The notes under the pieces are model-generated. The model was not told the DNA's origin. It searched no databases and saw only the letters and a list, made by a program, of their open reading frames with translations. 28,179 nucleotides of DNA from UHGV virus genome UHGV-0383551, one strand, 5' to 3'. Numbering within the stretch: the first letter of the stretch is position 1; each line of letters begins with the position of its first letter. The translations under genes and the position numbers were made by a program. Of this stretch, positions 24,523 to 28,179 are shown one piece after another. This DNA comes from a virus.

Positions 24523-24534
24523 GTGACATGTCAC
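24523..24534. repeat. 12-bp perfect palindrome GTGACATGTCAC (copy 3 of 3)
   Basis: Read directly. Its TCA triplet supplies the TGA stop of the minus-strand ORF 24531-24878. Confidence 0.6.
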
Positions 24535-24878
24535 ACTATTAATTTCGTTTCATGCCAGCCTTTAGTCACCCAGCATTGCGAGTCACCATTACACGGGCAT
24601 GAATTAACGGGAACTCTCTCGCCGCACTTACCGCAACGTTTTCTGCTGATCGATTTTATACGCCCGCGCACACGTGCATCATCCTGGCGGATCAGCAGCG
24701 CGATGTACTCGGACATTTCATAGGGATCGCGACCAGGGCGCCGGGCGGCGCAGTTCCGCGCCAGCATTTCCTGCTCCTGCTTATCCAGCACCAGTTCAAT
24801 TTTGCGCTCACCGGCGGCGGACTGCCGAGCGCGCTGCGCGGCTTTGCGTTCTGCGGGGGATTTAGCCACGAATCGCAC
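24531..24878 (-). CDS. Hypothetical early protein (115 aa) with a basic N-terminus and a C-terminal Cys cluster (CGKCG...CPCNGDSQC), possibly a zinc ribbon
   Basis: ORF with a visible Cys motif; no confident family assignment. Confidence 0.45.
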   Translation of the reverse strand: MRFVAKSPAERKAAQRARQSAAGERKIELVLDKQEQEMLARNCAARRPGRDPYEMSEYIALLIRQDDARVRGRIKSISRKRCGKCGERVPVNSCPCNGDSQCWVTKGWHETKLIV

Positions 24879-24984
24879 TCCACGCCAGATTGATTAATGA
24901 CTCCCAGGTAATATAAACCCGGATACCAGCAGCCAGGCCGAAACCAATCACCATGGCATAAAGCAGAGCGTTGCACTTGTTCAT
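24862..24984 (-). CDS. Small membrane peptide (40 aa, MNKCNALLYAMVIGFGLAAGIRVYITWESLINLAWSAIRG)
   Basis: AGGAGG 8 nt upstream of the ATG, which overlaps the stop of the upstream gene (TAATG). One predicted transmembrane helix. Below the track threshold as a separate gene. Confidence 0.4.
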   Translation of the reverse strand: MNKCNALLYAMVIGFGLAAGIRVYITWESLINLAWSAIRG

Positions 24985-25907
24985 TACTTCGCCTCCTGCG
25001 GCGGTTCCGGTAGCGGCATCCAGAACAAGGCGTTCCCTAACCACGATAAAGTGCCATCGCTCAACTCCACGTATTCCCCTTGTACCTGTCCTGCCATATA
25101 CTCGCCGTGCTTTGAATAAATTAAAATCCAATCATCTTGAGGGGGCATTCGCTCACTACAGCTTATCCAACCATCCGGAGTTACCGGAGAGTTGCCTGCC
25201 AGTCTACGCAAAACAGCCTTAACAGCCTCAATACGGTCATCATCGCAATTTTCCAGCGTATCTATGCGGTCGAGCATGATGATGGCGTTATCAATATCAG
25301 GATTGCCGGTCCACTCATTACCGCGATTGGATTCGGCAGCCTGGTTGCCAGATGCTGGCTGATTGTCGGCTTTACCCAGTCTGTCGTCGCTGCATGAATG
25401 CCCTTCCAGCCAGGCCAATGCTTGTCGCATGAAATACGCAATATGTTTGCCGTGGTAATCGTCTTCATCGATGTGAAAAGCGATACTACGAATGTATTCA
25501 ATTGCGTTTTCAATGGCCTCTAACGCTATCGGCGCTGGCGGAGTGGTATATAGTTTTCGACATTTGTATATCCAACCGGCATGGTCAGGCGTGTCTGTAA
25601 AACGCAAATCGTCTTCGTAGCACTCACGACTACGTTCTTTCCATTCCGTCCACGGAACACCGCTATTCCAGGTGGGGCGAGTGCAGGACTGATACAGAAC
25701 AGGCTCTGCTTCCAGCGATGCCAGCACAATTCGTGCCAGCTCACGCACTACTTCCGGGGGCGCGTAACGGTCATTCAGGTCATCCCACAGGCGTAGCATG
25801 TTATCGCTACCAGGGTGAACATCCTCGTTAGTTCCGGCAAGCGCACTAATAACCTCATCGGCTGCCTCAATAATTTTCAGAGTTTGTTCTCTGGTAATAG
25901 TGGTCAT
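24984..25907 (-). CDS. DUF551-like phage protein (307 aa)
   Basis: The C-terminal segment DGWISCSERMPPQDDWILIYSKHGEYMAGQVQGEYVELSDGTLSWLGNALFWMPLPEPP matches my memory of the DUF551 pattern. The N-terminus MTTITREQ resembles the neighbouring 26115-26477 protein. Confidence 0.6.
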   Translation of the reverse strand: MTTITREQTLKIIEAADEVISALAGTNEDVHPGSDNMLRLWDDLNDRYAPPEVVRELARIVLASLEAEPVLYQSCTRPTWNSGVPWTEWKERSRECYEDDLRFTDTPDHAGWIYKCRKLYTTPPAPIALEAIENAIEYIRSIAFHIDEDDYHGKHIAYFMRQALAWLEGHSCSDDRLGKADNQPASGNQAAESNRGNEWTGNPDIDNAIIMLDRIDTLENCDDDRIEAVKAVLRRLAGNSPVTPDGWISCSERMPPQDDWILIYSKHGEYMAGQVQGEYVELSDGTLSWLGNALFWMPLPEPPQEAK

Positions 25908-26113
25908 TTGTTAATCCTCAAAACTTTATGCCCGGGCGCAAAAGCACGTGTTTTGTCGGCGCTTATTCGCCACCCGTCTTTACGGGCCTCTTTTGCACAA
26001 CCAGACCATGACGTACCGATATACTCACCGAAGTCTGGCACTGGATATACACCTTCCGTACACTGGCGGCAGTCACAATAGAGATGCATGGTGTAACTTG
26101 CGGCAATAGCCAT
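25904..26113 (-). CDS. Small Cys-rich hypothetical protein (69 aa from ATG 26113)
   Basis: The internal ATG has AAGGAG 7 nt upstream and abuts the stop of the upstream gene. Contains YCDCRQC. Confidence 0.45.
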   Translation of the reverse strand: MAIAASYTMHLYCDCRQCTEGVYPVPDFGEYIGTSWSGCAKEARKDGWRISADKTRAFAPGHKVLRINK

Positions 26114-26114
26114 A

Positions 26115-26477
26115 TCACTCTCCTTTACCCTGAAGCATGGCGGCGCGGCAGGCATTCCAGCCTCTCACCTCTGCAATAGCGGCAACAGCATCGACCGCGT
26201 ACATTTTAAGAGGGTTAGGCATTGGTTTTTCTTCAGGTACTACTGGCACTGGAGGGGCGGCATAAACAGGAATAACGTCCGCTTGCTCTTTATTGCTTTC
26301 ATCCGTTAAAGCCCAGAATAATTTCCCGGCCGGATGTTTGAAAATATAAGCAACTGGTTCTGCTTCCAACGATGCCAGTGCAATCCGTGCCAGTTCCATT
26401 TGTTCGCCACGGGTAAGTCCGTTTTCAAGCGGATTTTTAATGAACAATTCAATACGTTCTTTGGTAATAGTGGTCAT
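26115..26477 (-). CDS. Hypothetical early protein (120 aa), N-terminally related to the DUF551-like protein
   Basis: ORF; both proteins begin MTTIT(K/R)E. Confidence 0.5.
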   Translation of the reverse strand: MTTITKERIELFIKNPLENGLTRGEQMELARIALASLEAEPVAYIFKHPAGKLFWALTDESNKEQADVIPVYAAPPVPVVPEEKPMPNPLKMYAVDAVAAIAEVRGWNACRAAMLQGKGE

Positions 26478-26480
26478 GTG

Positions 26481-26768
26481 TTAGTCCTCATCCACTTCAA
26501 CGCCATCTTTCAGCGTGATGCCGTGCCAATCATCAGCCCAACTGGTTAGCCCTGGCGCATCAATGCTAGGCATATAAACGCTTGCAGTGTGGTAGCCCTT
26601 ATCGTTATCAATGCTGGCAACGTGCTCGCCGTTGTATGCGCTCAGCGTGTCCAGGACGCTATAAAACTTTCCTCCGGCTGCCCTGAAATCCTTTACAGCC
26701 TTCACAAGGCGATTCCACGCTTTTTCCTGTTCTGGCGTCAGGTCGATTAATTCCTGCAAAGTTGCCAT
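26481..26768 (-). CDS. Hypothetical early protein (95 aa from ATG 26768)
   Basis: The internal ATG has AAGGAGGGTGAT upstream. Confidence 0.45.
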   Translation of the reverse strand: MATLQELIDLTPEQEKAWNRLVKAVKDFRAAGGKFYSVLDTLSAYNGEHVASIDNDKGYHTASVYMPSIDAPGLTSWADDWHGITLKDGVEVDED

Positions 26769-26769
26769 A

Positions 26770-27498
26770 TCACCCTCCTTTGATGCCAATGCCAGCAAGC
26801 CAGTTTCTTATGCCGATATATTCAGCGTTCCTGAAACCGCCATTTACATATATAAATGGCAAGCGAAGATTGTGACCATTGGCTGCCAGGTAGTCTTTAC
26901 AACCCTGTTCGGTGAAACAGCAGGTAACGAATTCATCAATATCTTTCACAGCAACGCGCCGCCATTTTTCTGGTGGTTCCCGAAAGTTTTCATGAAGTAG
27001 TTCGAGACGACGACTTTGGCGTTTATTGGCTTCATTGCCATCTTCATCAACCCAGACAATCCTGTCATAGTCATAATCAGCATCAACAACGATTTCGCGC
27101 TTTTGATACACACAAAACATAGGGTCTGACGTTATTCGATTATCCTGTGTTCGAATATTTTCACCGATGATGCCAAACGAATCTGGTGCAGATTTTGTCT
27201 TCAACTCTTCGATACGTTTGCTTTGAGCTTCCAGTTCATCAAGAAGCGCAAGCATGGTAGCCGGACTGGCTGCGGCGATGAATTCAGCATTTGCCTGCTG
27301 TTCCATTTGGAAATCTTCATCGAAACCGCTTTCAGGATGCGCTCCTTCAATTCTGCAAATGGGAATATATCCAGCAGCCTCGCGATGAATTAGCGCATCA
27401 TCACCATCAAATCGGCCCTCTCCATATTCGAGCGACCATACACCACACGTTGCTTTCTCTGCCTTTTCACGCAGTGCCTGATAGTCAATCTTGCTCAC
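26770..27498 (-). CDS. Ea22-like early protein (about 242 aa from GTG 27498)
   Basis: The N-terminus SKIDYQALREKAEKATCGVWSLEY resembles the lambdoid Ea22-like family as I recall it. The GTG start has AAGGAGG 6 nt upstream and overlaps the upstream stop. Confidence 0.5.
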   Translation of the reverse strand: MSKIDYQALREKAEKATCGVWSLEYGEGRFDGDDALIHREAAGYIPICRIEGAHPESGFDEDFQMEQQANAEFIAAASPATMLALLDELEAQSKRIEELKTKSAPDSFGIIGENIRTQDNRITSDPMFCVYQKREIVVDADYDYDRIVWVDEDGNEANKRQSRRLELLHENFREPPEKWRRVAVKDIDEFVTCCFTEQGCKDYLAANGHNLRLPFIYVNGGFRNAEYIGIRNWLAGIGIKGG

Positions 27499-28154
27499 TG
27501 GTTTCCTCCTTTGCGAAGCTGTTCCGCACAATCCAGCAGGGCGTCCGTCGCTTCTTTCACCGTAACGATGTCGCCATCGTCCAGCCCGACAACCGTCGCG
27601 TTCTTAACGAACACCGAGCAAAGGTCATTAAACGCCTGCGCCCGCACTTCAGCCAGGCATTTGCGAAACTCGGAAACGTACTGTTCGACGCTCATTCCCC
27701 AGCTAAGTGGACATTCATTGAATGTTTCGCCTTCGTGCTCTTCATCAGGTAGCTCTTTGGTAAAGAACTCACGTTCAATGGCGTGGAGTGTGTCAGCAAA
27801 ACGACGTAAGTTACTCAAACCTGTCGTAATGGAGAATTCAGGAGCATCACATCCGACGCCCATCTGCTGATAAACGGCGGTTTTGAAGGCCTTCAGCCCC
27901 GCATTCTCCGCCGCCAACGCCGAAAACTTCTCGTGTGCCAACTTAACAGCCGCATCAGCCTGCTTAATTGACTCAATCGCTTTCTGCTGGTCTTCGGCCA
28001 GCGCATTAGCACGCACCAGTTGCACTTCCAGTTGCGTTGCCAAATCGCTGATCAGCTTTGCCACACTGCGCATATCAACGGCACCACATTCTGCTTTCAG
28101 TTCCGAAGCCATCTCATGCCCGGCGGCAACTAACCCTTTGATATTACTTTCCAT
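27495..28154 (-). CDS. Ea22-like coiled-coil early protein (219 aa)
   Basis: ORF with a GAGGG RBS, a predicted coiled-coil N-terminal half and a Cys-containing C-terminal half. Confidence 0.5.
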   Translation of the reverse strand: MESNIKGLVAAGHEMASELKAECGAVDMRSVAKLISDLATQLEVQLVRANALAEDQQKAIESIKQADAAVKLAHEKFSALAAENAGLKAFKTAVYQQMGVGCDAPEFSITTGLSNLRRFADTLHAIEREFFTKELPDEEHEGETFNECPLSWGMSVEQYVSEFRKCLAEVRAQAFNDLCSVFVKNATVVGLDDGDIVTVKEATDALLDCAEQLRKGGNQ

Positions 28155-28179
28155 CTTTACCCTCGCTTATCCACATAAC

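Noticed and set aside
1-28179. CRISPR arrays, insertion sequences, integrase or attachment sites
   Set aside because: I saw no regularly spaced direct repeats, no transposase-like ORF with terminal inverted repeats, and no tyrosine or serine recombinase-like ORF. The tRNA is internal to the phage rather than at an end, so it is not called an attachment site.

Overview
The window looks like about 28 kb of a temperate enterobacterial podovirus-type prophage; the lineage call (epsilon15/phiV10-like, T7-style core module) rests on gene order, protein sizes and motifs recalled from memory, not on any search. Almost all long genes are on the minus strand. Reading from high to low coordinates: an early block of Ea22-like and DUF551-like genes (28154-24531), an intrinsic terminator, small and large terminase subunits (24412-22344), a plus-strand insert carrying tRNA-Arg(UCU) and a 118-aa moron, then portal, scaffold, major capsid, head-tail proteins, tail tubular A/B-like proteins, four large internal virion proteins, a small membrane peptide and a lipoprotein, ending at a terminator near 4600. 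Between that terminator and a divergently placed tailspike gene (2085 to beyond the window start) lies a plus-strand accessory island (2100-4600). The island holds a small gene behind a near-consensus LexA box, a Bro-N antirepressor whose C-terminal domain is paralogous to that small protein, an AT-rich two-gene cassette of unrecognised function with overlapping reading frames and its own terminator, and a possible secreted peptide. The two-gene cassette at 3736-4322 is my best candidate for an undescribed system, but its function is pure inference. Two recurrent DNA motifs are not explained by the genes: ATTACC-N5-GGTAA (four copies, all intergenic) and the 12-bp palindrome GTGACATGTCAC (three copies, all at module junctions). 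No integrase, repressor, endolysin, CRISPR array or insertion sequence was recognised in the window.
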